From: an uncultured Verrucomicrobiota bacterium
GTDB taxonomy: Bacteria; Verrucomicrobiota; Verrucomicrobiia; Limisphaerales; UBA1100
Assembly (NCBI GenBank): GCA_902551155.1
Contig: CACDBG010000001.1
Span: forward strand, 4,532-68,531
Length of the DNA stretch: 64,000 nucleotides
Direction: 5' to 3'
In this document: positions 1-10,078 of the stretch, one piece after another
Position numbering within the stretch: position 1 is the first letter of the stretch
Layout of the letters: each line of letters starts with the position of its first letter
Program-made: the position numbers and the translations under genes
The notes under the pieces: model-generated
What the model was told of the DNA's origin: nothing
Seen by the model: the letters and a program-made list of their open reading frames with translations, nothing else
The model's database searches: none

Positions 1-848
1 ACTGCTTTTACGGGAATTCCATCAATCTCAACAGGGTTATGTTCGCGAAACCATTTGGCGATTAATTTGGTGGCTGCTTTTTGATCTTCCACTTCCAGAA
101 ATTCCGGGTTTTTGCGTTTCACAGGCAGCCATTTTTCGAAGGTTAGTAGCGGCACCAGAATCTCATGACGGACTTCACGGTCATTTAGGTAAATGTAAGA
201 ATATAGGCCTGTGTAACTGGTAATGCCCAGTCGCTGTTGCATTTCTTCCTCACGTTTTTTGCGTAACTCCCGCCAGTTCTTAGGGGCTTGGGTTGGGGGA
301 TTTTCCCAATCTAGAGCTATGGTATGAGGACGTCCATGTTGGAGTTGAGTGGGTTTATCGGTCCAAATACCTTTCTGTAAAACCATGAAATCCATTATGG
401 ATGGGACTACGCTTTTGGTTCCTCCAAATTGTTGCAAGACAGTTAAAAATCTGGGTTTCTCTTTTGCAGGGACATAGCGCATCAAGAAAATGGCGTGTCG
501 TTTCATCAGTTCGGCTTGCGGCACGCCTTCATCTGGGATTGCTGTAAGATCCCGGCGGTCAACTTCTCCTTTCAGGAGTTTTCCATCTGCATCGCGAAGC
601 GAAAAATTTTTTAGCAGAAATTTATCGTGCTTTACCGCTGCTTCACGAAGATCTTTGGCATTAAAGATAGTTTTTGCGTCTGCTTTTAAGCTGTGGAAAA
701 GCACAAGATCTTCGAGCATAACGCGAAGTTCCACTAGCACTTCATCCTCACGCACATTGGCAACGGCATTACTCATCGATATGGGGTGTGCTATTGCCGA
801 AAGAGCAAAAACTAACGAAATAGCTGCAATGATCCTAAGGGAGTTCAA
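1..848 (-). CDS. hypothetical secreted protein; the C-terminus runs off the window start
   Basis: The minus-strand frame is open from the window edge up to the TAA at 897-899. It is missing from the supplied track because it has no in-window stop. A TTG start at 848 gives MNSLRIIAAISLVFALSAIA-HP, which looks like a signal peptide; the first ATG is at 776. It lies directly downstream of the MBL gene in the same frame. I do not recognise the family. Confidence 0.5.
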   Translation of the reverse strand, partial: MNSLRIIAAISLVFALSAIAHPISMSNAVANVREDEVLVELRVMLEDLVLFHSLKADAKTIFNAKDLREAAVKHDKFLLKNFSLRDADGKLLKGEVDRRDLTAIPDEGVPQAELMKRHAIFLMRYVPAKEKPRFLTVLQQFGGTKSVVPSIMDFMVLQKGIWTDKPTQLQHGRPHTIALDWENPPTQAPKNWRELRKKREEEMQQRLGITSYTGLYSYIYLNDREVRHEILVPLLTFEKWLPVKRKNPEFLEVEDQKAATKLIAKWFREHNPVEIDGIPVKA

Positions 849-896
849 GGCCGCATTTTTTATATTAAAATGGCGAATTACGGAAGCTTCAATGAG

Positions 897-2750
897 TTAC
901 TCGACTTCAATTATTGTTTCTATCCACCTTTGAAAATGCATGCCTTGCGAGTCAATATCCGCAGTAATAATGTAAATTCCGGGTACCTTTGGAGTCTGTA
1001 TCTTTATTTTTACTGCTCCTTCAGCCCTTGACTTAAGAAAGATGGAGCTGGGTTTGCTTAGTATTTTAGTCCCTTGGTGGCCGTGTGGAGTGATCTTGAA
1101 TGTGCGCTGTTTTGGAGAATGGTTGATAATGCGTATTTCCACCTCGCTTGTTTCGTTGGGTTTCATTTTGTTCCCGTATGGATAAAATGTCGCCCACCTT
1201 TCATCTATCCCATAGTTTGGATCATCCCACGGAAAGAGATCACGAAGTATTTTGGTGCGTTTGGTATACTGTGTTTCAAGGTAGGTTAGTTCCTTTTCCG
1301 AGAATCGAAATACATGCGGGACATGTTGATTGATCAGCCAAGTATTCCTTGGTAATTCACGTACAATTTTGAAACATTGAGGATAGCCGGAATCAGCGTG
1401 GACAAGATTTCGATTCAATAAGCAGTAATCGTCGATGCCAGAGGGAGCAAACGAATCACCGATAAAAAATACCGGGTTGGTTTTGGGTCGTTCTACGAGT
1501 AATGCTCCGTGGTAATACATTTGCCCAGGGAAAAACCGAAAAGTGAATTGGTATTCTTGCCATTTCATTACATCACCGTCTTTCATGCCTTTGATGTTCT
1601 TAATGGCATTTTTGGTTAGGCCTGGCATGAGGTATCGTCCAGGGTTCTCCAATACATCTTTGTACTCGTTAGTTGCGAATACAGGGCAGTTAAAATACTC
1701 GGCAGCCGCTTTAACCATATGTGAGTGGTCATCATGCGTGTGGGTGACAAAAATGCCGTCGATTTGTTTTATTACACCCTTCGCTACGAGATCTTTAACA
1801 TATTCGAGTTGGTTTTTTCCTCCGCAATCAATCAGGAATCCGTGGCCGTCGTCTGCTACGATGATGCGGCTAGTTGAATATTGAATAATCCAATCGGGGG
1901 TATCCAAGTGTAGGCAGTAAGGCATAAGATTAATCTTAGATCCCTTACCCAATACGCGTTCACCACAAATTCTCATTCGTTCTTCTTTAAAATACCAATG
2001 CAATGCGTTGGTCGAGAGGTAGTTCTGGTAGAGCGCTTGCACACGACTGACCAGTTGGTTGATAGCCTTTTTGGGATTATCGATTACTGGGCCACGTGCA
2101 GGATATATGATGTCTGGTTTCCACGCTTTTATCTTTTCGAGGCTGTTGATTAAATTTGCTAAGCGTCCACCATAACCGTGATATCCCCCAACCTTTGCCT
2201 CGGGAATCGCATCCTGAAAACTGTATAAGTCGAAGATTTTTCCATCTCCGTAAATTAGGTCTCCAGTGAACGCACACCGCTTTCCATCTATAACTGCCAA
2301 ATAAGAGACTGCTCCTCGGGTAAAACCTGGCGTTTCCATTACCTTAAATTTGATACTAGATGAGCCTACGATATCTCCTTCGTTTACCCATTTATCCACT
2401 TTTATCGGCTCCACCAACACCTTGGTGGACTGCTGCTCATAATAATGGAAACGTTTTGAAGACATGGTTTTCCAGTAATCTTTTGTATTTGAGAATAGAT
2501 TTTCTTCTTTTTTCGGCGCCACGACCTCGATGGACTTAGGTATTTCAGTAATGACATCACGTCGGTGATGGGTAAGCAGGACTTGGCCTCTTTTTTGACT
2601 GGATTTATCAAACCTATATATCTGCATGGAAGAGGAATCCTCGAAGTTTTGAATGGAAATCGAATTTCCTGTGGCAAGATGCTCAACCTTGATACTTTCA
2701 GCTCCATTTATTAATTGAACCACCGTTAGCCAAAGAACTAGTATGCGCAT
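897..2750 (-). CDS. secreted metallo-beta-lactamase-fold hydrolase with tandem MBL-like regions
   Basis: 617-aa ORF with a signal-like N-terminus MRILVLWLTVVQLINGAES. It carries the canonical HxHxDH motif HTHDDHSH, followed by YHG...GDSF...QHVP. The N-terminal half has MBL-like but degenerate motifs (LLTHHRRD, TPGFTRG, ARGPV). Confidence 0.8.
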   Translation of the reverse strand: MRILVLWLTVVQLINGAESIKVEHLATGNSISIQNFEDSSSMQIYRFDKSSQKRGQVLLTHHRRDVITEIPKSIEVVAPKKEENLFSNTKDYWKTMSSKRFHYYEQQSTKVLVEPIKVDKWVNEGDIVGSSSIKFKVMETPGFTRGAVSYLAVIDGKRCAFTGDLIYGDGKIFDLYSFQDAIPEAKVGGYHGYGGRLANLINSLEKIKAWKPDIIYPARGPVIDNPKKAINQLVSRVQALYQNYLSTNALHWYFKEERMRICGERVLGKGSKINLMPYCLHLDTPDWIIQYSTSRIIVADDGHGFLIDCGGKNQLEYVKDLVAKGVIKQIDGIFVTHTHDDHSHMVKAAAEYFNCPVFATNEYKDVLENPGRYLMPGLTKNAIKNIKGMKDGDVMKWQEYQFTFRFFPGQMYYHGALLVERPKTNPVFFIGDSFAPSGIDDYCLLNRNLVHADSGYPQCFKIVRELPRNTWLINQHVPHVFRFSEKELTYLETQYTKRTKILRDLFPWDDPNYGIDERWATFYPYGNKMKPNETSEVEIRIINHSPKQRTFKITPHGHQGTKILSKPSSIFLKSRAEGAVKIKIQTPKVPGIYIITADIDSQGMHFQRWIETIIEVE

Positions 2751-3068
2751 CAGAAAAAGGTAGCTTTAAGTCTTTGATTGGCAATAAATGAATATAGCTA
2801 GTGATCATATGCATTATGTGCCCTTTTCATAGTTTGTATTTGCGTGGGTAAGAGTACGTAAAATTCATAAGTTTATGGCTTTAAACTTGCTGAGCGAGGG
2901 TGCCAGGAGTTTTTTCTTTGTTGAGCAGCTAGCATGGTATTACTTGCTTCAAATTTGAAGTTTTAGAGACAAATCAAAGGGCCTGTGGTTTGTATATAAA
3001 GTTAGGATTCAAGGAGGTCTCTCGAAGTGATTGTGCTCGAGGAGAAAGCATCTGCATGGAAAAGAAAT

Positions 3069-3170
3069 ATGACAAAAGTTAAGTTTATTAATCACTCTTC
3101 GATATTGGTTGATGATAGGGAGACCATCATCCTGACAGATCCTTGGCTCCCCACCTTTGATGAGAGTTGA
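3069..3170 (+). pseudogene. 33-codon remnant resembling the N-terminus of a Lactamase_B_3/UPF0173-type MBL hydrolase
   Basis: ATG at 3069 translates to MTKVKFINHSSILVDDRETIILTDPWLPTFDES, then TGA at 3168-3170. This matches the family start pattern M-K-I-x-(F/W)-(L/I)-G-H-S-x-(F/I)-L-(I/V)...IL(I/T)DPW. I see no continuation in any frame. Confidence 0.3.
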
Positions 3171-3284
3171 TAGCACTAAAAATTTCGGGAACAGATCATG
3201 AGTTGAATAGCTTGAACAAACTTGACCGAGGTTAAATAACTGTTTATCCCTCATTGGTCGGGGGTATCCAAAAAAAGAAAGATC

Positions 3285-4052
3285 ATGTATATGGGGAATA
3301 AAGTTTCAGTTTTTATCTTGGCTTATAATTCTGAGGACCGTATCGAGCGCGCAGTAAAAAGCGTTTTGTGGGCAGATGAAGTGGTAGTGGTTGATTCTTT
3401 CAGTAAAGATCGTACTGCGGAAATTGCAGAGAGGCTCGGGGCCAAGGTTGCACAGGTCAAATTCGAAGGGTTTGGGAAATTGCGTTTGGCTGGAATTGAG
3501 CATACTTCCCACGACTGGATTTTCAGCCTTGATTCAGATGAGGAATGTACCCCCGAAGCGGAGAACGAAATTAGGCAGATTATTAATTCCTCGAATCCTT
3601 TCGAGGCCTACCACACGCCACGGAGAAATATCTTTATGGGCCAGCCTATACGGTTTAGCGGCTGGTATCCAGACTACCGTCAGCCGCAGCTTTTCCAACG
3701 CGGGAAGATGACCTATCCGGCTGAAGAGCTAGTACACGAAGGGTATCGGCTGGACGGGCGGTTGGGGTATATGAAGTGCGATATTTTGCAGGAGCCATTT
3801 TGGACTTTGTCAGAGGTTTTGGAGAAGTGTAATAGATATTCAACTTTAGGGGCTGAAGGACTTGCACAAAAAGGTCGTTCCGGAGGGGTCTTCAAAGGAC
3901 TAGGTCACGGGATGGCCCATTTCATTCAAATCTACTTATTTAAACTTGGTATTTTAGACAAAGGACCAGGGCTCATGATTGCTCTGACCAAGGGACTGGG
4001 CTCATTTTTGAAGTACGCAAAGCTGGCTGAAATTAATCGAAAAGTTTGTTGA
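3285..4052 (+). CDS. family 2 glycosyltransferase, KdtX/WaaE-like LPS core type
   Basis: 255 aa. Contains VSVFILAYNSEDRIERAVKSVLWADEVVVVDSFSKDRTAEIA...DWIFSLDSDEE, i.e. the GT-A fold with a DxD-type motif. Confidence 0.85.
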   Translation: MYMGNKVSVFILAYNSEDRIERAVKSVLWADEVVVVDSFSKDRTAEIAERLGAKVAQVKFEGFGKLRLAGIEHTSHDWIFSLDSDEECTPEAENEIRQIINSSNPFEAYHTPRRNIFMGQPIRFSGWYPDYRQPQLFQRGKMTYPAEELVHEGYRLDGRLGYMKCDILQEPFWTLSEVLEKCNRYSTLGAEGLAQKGRSGGVFKGLGHGMAHFIQIYLFKLGILDKGPGLMIALTKGLGSFLKYAKLAEINRKVC

Positions 4053-4094
4053 TAAATAGCTTAAAGTAATATGCGTTGATCTGGGCACTTGGCC

Positions 4095-4874
4095 ATGAGG
4101 GTTTCTCTAATTGTTAGCACCTATAACTCGGTAAATGCACTTCAAAAAGTGCTCGCCGGAATTCGAGGGCAAACCACCTTGCCGGATGAACTTCTGATAG
4201 CCGATGATGGATCAAGCGAGGAAACACGTATATGTGGCTCTTACTTCCAAAAACAATTTATGGGAGATTTTCAGCATATTTGGCATGAGGATAAAGGATT
4301 TCGCAAAACGATTATTTTGAATAAAGCCATTGCGGCAGCAAATTCTCCATACATCATTTTTCTGGACGGTGATTGCGTGCCTCATCCTCGGTTTGTAGAG
4401 GATCACCTTACACTCAGAGAAGAACAATATTGGACACAAGGGCGGAGGGCATTCATCTCAGAGTCGCACGTTGACGCTTTTACGGGTCAGGCAAGTCAAT
4501 TCCTTACACTTTGGCTGCAGGGGCAAGCGAGTGGGTTTTTTAAGGGGGTTCGCTGGCCGTTACCTTGGATTCAAAAGGGTACACCACAGAGGGGGCTTAT
4601 TGGGTGCAATATGGGTGTATGGAAAAAGGATTTAATCGCGATAAATGGTTATGATGAGGAGTATCAAGGTTGGGGGAAGGAAGATTCTGATTTGGGAAAC
4701 CGTTTATATAATATGGGGTTGCTCCGGAAAACTGTGTATGGGAGAGCTATTGTATACCACTTAAACCATCCTCAGGCTTCAAGAAGAAATTTGTCTGAAA
4801 ATGAGAAGCGCCTATTGAGTGTGATTGAAAACGGACACATAGTGTGTCGTCGTGGGCTCAGTCAGTACTTATAA
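4095..4874 (+). CDS. family 2 glycosyltransferase with a galactosyltransferase-like C-terminal region
   Basis: Contains VSLIVSTYNSVNALQKVL...LLIADDGSSEET, FLDGDCVP and GWGKEDSDLGNRL. The track ORF starts at TTG 4089; I prefer ATG 4095. Confidence 0.8.
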   Translation: MRVSLIVSTYNSVNALQKVLAGIRGQTTLPDELLIADDGSSEETRICGSYFQKQFMGDFQHIWHEDKGFRKTIILNKAIAAANSPYIIFLDGDCVPHPRFVEDHLTLREEQYWTQGRRAFISESHVDAFTGQASQFLTLWLQGQASGFFKGVRWPLPWIQKGTPQRGLIGCNMGVWKKDLIAINGYDEEYQGWGKEDSDLGNRLYNMGLLRKTVYGRAIVYHLNHPQASRRNLSENEKRLLSVIENGHIVCRRGLSQYL

Positions 4875-4883
4875 TTATCAGAT

Positions 4884-5942
4884 ATGCGAGTTGTTCAGGT
4901 AGTCAGGAATTTTGGTCCGACGGGTGGGATGGAAGAATATGCATGGCAGCTAACAAACTGTTTGGCACAGAAGGGACTTTCCATAAGCGTTGTCTGTGAA
5001 CGTGCTGAGCATGAAATGCCCGAAGGAGTGCAGATCTACAGAATCCCTCGACAAACCCGGGGTCCCGGCTGGTTTCAAGCTCTAAAGTTCTCCAATAATT
5101 TGAGTGATTGGAAAGCACAGAATGGAAGAGCCACAGATTTTTTTCATTCTCACGAGTTTGTACGAGGGGCTGATATTCTTACTTTTCATACTACTCTTCA
5201 CAGTTCTGGGCAAAATTCTCTACTTAAAAGGTTCGATCCTTCATGGCATGGCAATCAATGGCTTGAAAGAAAGGCGATATTGTCTCCTCAGCTTAAAAGT
5301 TTGGTTCCGGTTTCTGACTTGTTAGGAGACCAGTTAAGAAAAGCGTACCCGAAGGCGAAATCTTTTTTATCAACCGCAATAGTTCCCGGGGTGTTAATGC
5401 CAAGCGCGAATAATTTGAAATCGGATTCTTCAAACGGAAAGGCGATTGGGTTTATGGGGAAAGAATGGGGGAGGAAAGGGCTGAGGCTTGTTATTGAGGT
5501 TTTTCGTCAACTAAATGAACGGGGTCATGAACTAAAGCTAGTTATTGCTGGAGTCGGTCATGATGAAATAGGCAATTTGATTGAGGGGCTTAGTCCAAAG
5601 GTGGAAGTGATGGGCTGGATTACTGACAAAGAGGAATTTTATAATAAGGTAGATTTACTATTGCACCCTGCAAAACTTGAGGCATATGGAATGGTTGTGA
5701 CGGAGGCACTGTCGCGGGGAATTCCAGTACTGGTTTCAGATCAGGTTGGGGCTTCTCAAGAAATAAAGACGGGCCTAGGAAGGGTATTACCACTAACGAA
5801 ACATATTTCGCAATGGGCTGATGCAGCTTGGGGGCTATTGAAGACGGGTCGCACAAATGATCCTATGTATAAAAGAAGTTGGGAACAGGTGGCATCCGAA
5901 TACCAAGAGTTATATGCTAGAGTTCTTTCGGGGAATAAATGA
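4884..5942 (+). CDS. family 4 (GT-B) glycosyltransferase, WaaG/RfaG-like
   Basis: 352 aa with the C-terminal E-x7-E region EAYGMVVTEALSRGIPVLVSD, typical of GT4. Confidence 0.85.
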   Translation: MRVVQVVRNFGPTGGMEEYAWQLTNCLAQKGLSISVVCERAEHEMPEGVQIYRIPRQTRGPGWFQALKFSNNLSDWKAQNGRATDFFHSHEFVRGADILTFHTTLHSSGQNSLLKRFDPSWHGNQWLERKAILSPQLKSLVPVSDLLGDQLRKAYPKAKSFLSTAIVPGVLMPSANNLKSDSSNGKAIGFMGKEWGRKGLRLVIEVFRQLNERGHELKLVIAGVGHDEIGNLIEGLSPKVEVMGWITDKEEFYNKVDLLLHPAKLEAYGMVVTEALSRGIPVLVSDQVGASQEIKTGLGRVLPLTKHISQWADAAWGLLKTGRTNDPMYKRSWEQVASEYQELYARVLSGNK

Positions 5943-6257
5943 GCTAAATCGGCTCTTTCTGACATTACCTCATATTTAAAAAACCTAGTGTGTTGATCGG
6001 TTCGATCGCATTTTGCCAGATAAAGGTTTTTGTGACATTGATCGGATGTTATTTCAAAGCTATTGAGAATAGGCTGTGCGGATTATTACTGTACAAAGAT
6101 ATAGGAAATTTAATGTTTATATTTTGCGGATTGACTCTGTCTGAGATGCTCTCCAGATAAAAAAACTGACCGGCAAAATCCTATTTTTTGGTTTTCTGAG
6201 ATGTTCTTGGATCATTGTTTATTGCTGTATTGAGGCGTGTAGCCTAAAAGGCTGGCA

Positions 6258-8111
6258 GTGGATAACGCGCGGCTGATTTTTGCTTTCGGGTGGCCCTTCA
6301 TGAAAAGATATTGGAGGCGCCTTTTGTTGGGGGTATTATTGGGTGTTTGCTTTGGTGTATTTAATGGTACTTTTGTTTGGGGAACGAAGACACTATTTGA
6401 GCGATTGAATCCAGATGATTCAGCTGAGCGAAATTTTACGGACACAACTGTTGTCCCGAGCGAATGGTCCAAAAAATTGAGTTCAGCAAACGATGTGGTG
6501 AAACGACGACTGGATCCGTGGCTGCCTCGTACAGGCAATGACTTGAGCATGCAACAGATCATAGGGGGGCTTCTTTTTTTACCATTTCTGGTCGGAGTAC
6601 GGAGCGGGATTGGATACGCAAGTGTATATTTTTTGGGATGGGTGAGTGAATATACAGTTCGGGATATCCGAATGGAGGCTCATTCAAACTTGCAGCGGCT
6701 TTCCTTAGATTATTTTTACGCGAAACAATTGGGTGATCATACAATGTTGATGAATCGTAGTACGGAGTCATTGCACCGTTGTCTTACCTACGGTGTTGCC
6801 GATGCAATCAAAGAGCCGTTCACGATATTAAGTTTGGTAACGGCTATGTTTATACTGGATTGGCAACTGGCTTTATTCGGCGTTCTGTTTGCCCCATTGA
6901 GTGCTATTCCAATCATAATAGTCGGCCGCAAACTACGTAAGGTGGCAAAGGTAACCTATAATAAAGGAACGGAACAGGATAGTTTGATGGTGGAGGTATA
7001 TACGAATATGCGCATAATTAAGGCTTATTGTATGGAAAAGATTCAGCTGGATCGGTTTAGTGGAATATACAATAAGCTAGCTCGCGCTGGCATGAAGGGT
7101 CTTCAGGCTCGTCATCTACAGAATCCAGTAATTGAATTACTTAGCACCATTGGAGCTGGGGTAATCATTATTTTTGTCTTCTATACTGACAAATCTGTTC
7201 CCCAGTTGGTGGGATTTTTAACTGGCATGATTATGCTCTATCAGCCAATCAAGAAGCTGGGATCAATAAATCAATATTATCAAGAGGCATCTGTGGGAGT
7301 CGGCATGCTGAAGGAAGTATTTGCTCAACGCCCTTCTGTAACTGAGCGTGAAAATGCTGTAGAATTAGGTCCGTTTCGATCACAGTTGGCTTTTAAAGGA
7401 GTAGATTTTTCCTACGGAGAAGAGGCCGTGCTCAGCGAGTTTGATTTAGAGATTCCTAAAGGAACAAAGTTAGGCGTGGTTGGTGAGAGTGGGGCCGGGA
7501 AAAGCACTTTGGTGAGTTTACTATTGCGGTTTTATGATCCTACTAAAGGGTGTGTTACCCTCGATGAGGTAGACATTAAAACATTCACTTTTCAAAGCTT
7601 ACGTGCGCAGATGGCATTGGTGAGTCAGGAAGTAGTGATTTTCGATCAAACAGTAGCGGAAAATATAGCGTGTGGAAACATTGATGCGTCACCCGAGAAG
7701 ATCATTGAAGCAGCAAAAGCAGCAAATGCTCATGATTTTATTGAGGGTTTGCCCCGGAGATATGACACGCGATTGGGAGAACAGGGGGCCCGACTTTCGG
7801 GAGGGCAACGGCAACGAATTGCCATTGCTAGAGCGTTTGTCAGACAGGCACCGATTCTGATCTTAGACGAGGCTACTGCAGCTTTAGATTCGAAGGCGGA
7901 GGCCGAAGTTCAAGGAGCGATCGACCGATTAGAAGAGGGCCGTACTGTGGTTTGTGTGGCGCACCGGCTGTCAACCCTGCGGAGAATGGATAGGATTATA
8001 GTTCTGGATCAAGGACGCGTAGTGGAGTCCGGTAGTTTTGAGGGATTATTAAATGGTGGCGGAGTTTTTTCTGAGATGGCAGCAAAGCAGGGGCTGAAAA
8101 CGACTGACTAA
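6258..8111 (+). CDS. msbA: ABC transporter permease/ATPase fusion, MsbA-like lipid A/lipid exporter
   Basis: 617 aa: an N-terminal 6-TM type I exporter domain, Walker A GESGAGKST, signature LSGGQRQRIAIARA, and Walker B ILILDEATAALD. It sits among LPS core glycosyltransferase genes. GTG start; an alternative ATG is at 6300. Confidence 0.8.
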   Translation: MDNARLIFAFGWPFMKRYWRRLLLGVLLGVCFGVFNGTFVWGTKTLFERLNPDDSAERNFTDTTVVPSEWSKKLSSANDVVKRRLDPWLPRTGNDLSMQQIIGGLLFLPFLVGVRSGIGYASVYFLGWVSEYTVRDIRMEAHSNLQRLSLDYFYAKQLGDHTMLMNRSTESLHRCLTYGVADAIKEPFTILSLVTAMFILDWQLALFGVLFAPLSAIPIIIVGRKLRKVAKVTYNKGTEQDSLMVEVYTNMRIIKAYCMEKIQLDRFSGIYNKLARAGMKGLQARHLQNPVIELLSTIGAGVIIIFVFYTDKSVPQLVGFLTGMIMLYQPIKKLGSINQYYQEASVGVGMLKEVFAQRPSVTERENAVELGPFRSQLAFKGVDFSYGEEAVLSEFDLEIPKGTKLGVVGESGAGKSTLVSLLLRFYDPTKGCVTLDEVDIKTFTFQSLRAQMALVSQEVVIFDQTVAENIACGNIDASPEKIIEAAKAANAHDFIEGLPRRYDTRLGEQGARLSGGQRQRIAIARAFVRQAPILILDEATAALDSKAEAEVQGAIDRLEEGRTVVCVAHRLSTLRRMDRIIVLDQGRVVESGSFEGLLNGGGVFSEMAAKQGLKTTD

Positions 8112-9094
8112 GTCGATTGTTCGTAACCTTTCGGATTTTTCTTCATCCAAGCCCATGCACTTCCGATTATAGATTCGGTTGAGTGGTGCTTTGCTTTCCA
8201 ACCCAATTGTGTAAGAGCTTTTTGTGTAGAGGCAACTAATTCTGGAGGCTCTTCAGGTCTGGCGGGTAATTCCTTGATCGGTATGGGGTGGTCGGTAATC
8301 TCGCGGCAGGTCTTAATGATTTCGTGTACTGAATCACCCTTGCCTCTGCCTAAATTATAGTCTCCTTTAACCCCTGATTTTAGTGCCAAAATGTGTGCCG
8401 AAGCTAAGTCTTCAACATGGATATAATCTCTAATACAAGTGCCATCAGGTGTGGGGTGATTAGTTCCGTATATCGCGAGCGAATCCAGTTGCCCCATTGC
8501 AACTTGCAGCAGCCTGGGAATTAAGTGCGTCTCAGGATTGTGAAACTCTCCATAATTTTTTGATGCGCCTGCCGCATTAAAATACCTGAAAATTACTGAC
8601 TCCATTTCACTTTGCATCGCCTGTGAAAGTAACATTCGCTCAAACGCCAACTTGGATTCTCCATATGGATTGACGGGGATCTGAGGGGAAGATTCGGTGA
8701 TCAGGGTTTGCGCAGGGATGCCGTAAGTTGCACAGGTAGAACTAAATATGAACTTACGTACACCATAACTTTTTGCGCATTCGAGCAGAGTAAACCCATT
8801 GATAGTGTTATTTTTGAAGTAAACGAGAGGCTTTGCAATAGACTCACTTACGAGGGTGCTTCCTGCAAAGTGTAGAACTGCATCTGGAAGACAATTTTTA
8901 AAGACTTCGTTTAGATTTATGGGGCATCCAATATCACCATGGAAAAAGTTAGCATCTTTAGATACTGCTTCACGATGGCCAGTTTTTAAGTTGTCGATGA
9001 CAGTTACCTGATAGCCTTCAGAGACTAGTTTTTCGACGCAGATGCTGCCGATATAACCGGCTCCTCCTGTAACGAGGATAGACTTTATAGTCAT
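8108..9094 (-). CDS. galE: UDP-glucose 4-epimerase
   Basis: 328 aa with ILVTGGAGYIGS (Rossmann fold) and the YGESK catalytic motif. The overall collinear pattern fits GalE. Its 3' end overlaps msbA convergently by 4 nt. Confidence 0.9.
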   Translation of the reverse strand: MTIKSILVTGGAGYIGSICVEKLVSEGYQVTVIDNLKTGHREAVSKDANFFHGDIGCPINLNEVFKNCLPDAVLHFAGSTLVSESIAKPLVYFKNNTINGFTLLECAKSYGVRKFIFSSTCATYGIPAQTLITESSPQIPVNPYGESKLAFERMLLSQAMQSEMESVIFRYFNAAGASKNYGEFHNPETHLIPRLLQVAMGQLDSLAIYGTNHPTPDGTCIRDYIHVEDLASAHILALKSGVKGDYNLGRGKGDSVHEIIKTCREITDHPIPIKELPARPEEPPELVASTQKALTQLGWKAKHHSTESIIGSAWAWMKKNPKGYEQST

Positions 9095-9223
9095 ATAAAC
9101 GCGTGATATAGGCAGTTCGTTAGAAACAGTTTGCGATCTGAGAGTATAGAATAACCCATCATGCTTCGAGTTCTAAAGAGCAATTGTCCTCAAAAACACG
9201 TTAAGAATCCGGGGAGAATGAAC

Positions 9224-10078
9224 TTATGATGCGACAGCAGTAGGAGATTGGATAATCGGCTGATATTGGACGCCCAAAAGAGTATGCAGCTTTGCATTCA
9301 TGATAGTCATGTTTGGGAAACGGTCTTTGGGCTGGAAGGCGAGGCACTGATGGATGAGTTGGCTCAATCCAACGGGTACCTGTGGGTTATGAAGATGGGC
9401 AGGTTTAAACGAGTATTTTTCATTCAACTGATTACGGCGTGATTCTTCAGGGGTTCGCCCCCCAAAAGGTCGCAATTTGGTGAGCAGCTCATAGGCTGTA
9501 GCTCCCCAAGAGTATATGTCTGCACGATGATCTGTTTCTTTACCCATTAGCTGTTCTGGAGCCATATAGGCCGGGGTGCCAGAAACCTTAGGATATTTTT
9601 TGGGTTTGCGAGGAAACGATTGAGCTGTGTCAAAATCGAGTAAGCTTACATGCCCATTCAGGGAAACCATGATGTTTTCGGGTTTGTAATCCAGATGAAT
9701 CCAGCCTCGGTCATGTAGATGGTTAAGTCCATCAGCCATCTGAATTAGAACGTCTGCAACATTGTCAACCAACTCGAGTCCTCGCGATAAGACTGCTTTC
9801 AGGTCCGCCCCTTGAACGTATTGGAGTACCATGTAAGGTGTTTTATCGGCCTTCCCATGGTTAATGAATCGAATAATGTTGGGATGTGGAGAAAGTTTTT
9901 GGTGAACTTTTAGCCCAGCTTTAAAGAGCTTCGGCGCACTAGAGCTAGTTAGCCCACTACTCCGGAGTTTTCTAACTGCAACTACGTTTTCAAACTCGTC
10001 AGTCGCCATCCAGATCTCGGTGATGCCACCTTGAGCCACACACTCATGTAATAGAAAATTTCCAAATCTTTTCGCCAA
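9224..10078 (-). CDS. stand-alone Ser/Thr protein kinase domain protein with atypical motifs
   Basis: 284 aa with VAVRKL, HLDYKPENIM (HRD-type loop), DFD (DFG position) and GTPAYMAPE. I see no extra domains. Confidence 0.8.
   Translation of the reverse strand: MAKRFGNFLLHECVAQGGITEIWMATDEFENVVAVRKLRSSGLTSSSAPKLFKAGLKVHQKLSPHPNIIRFINHGKADKTPYMVLQYVQGADLKAVLSRGLELVDNVADVLIQMADGLNHLHDRGWIHLDYKPENIMVSLNGHVSLLDFDTAQSFPRKPKKYPKVSGTPAYMAPEQLMGKETDHRADIYSWGATAYELLTKLRPFGGRTPEESRRNQLNEKYSFKPAHLHNPQVPVGLSQLIHQCLAFQPKDRFPNMTIMNAKLHTLLGVQYQPIIQSPTAVAS

Noticed and set aside
490-933. 147-aa plus-strand ORF (S/R/A-rich)
   Set aside because: It has low-complexity composition. It lies antisense to a much better minus-strand frame that has a signal peptide and runs to the window edge.
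3009-3254. 81-aa minus-strand ORF in the intergenic gap
   Set aside because: It has no recognisable motif and a Cys/Phe-rich odd composition. It lies antisense to the MBL-like remnant and is probably a chance ORF in AT-rich DNA.
8106-8115. The 10-mer GACTAAGTCG is shared between the msbA/galE stop overlap (8106-8115) and the post-operon hairpin (17839-17848), suggesting a possible REP-like element
   Set aside because: There are only two copies and the observation is post hoc. One copy is simply the overlapping stop codons. This is insufficient evidence for a repeat family.
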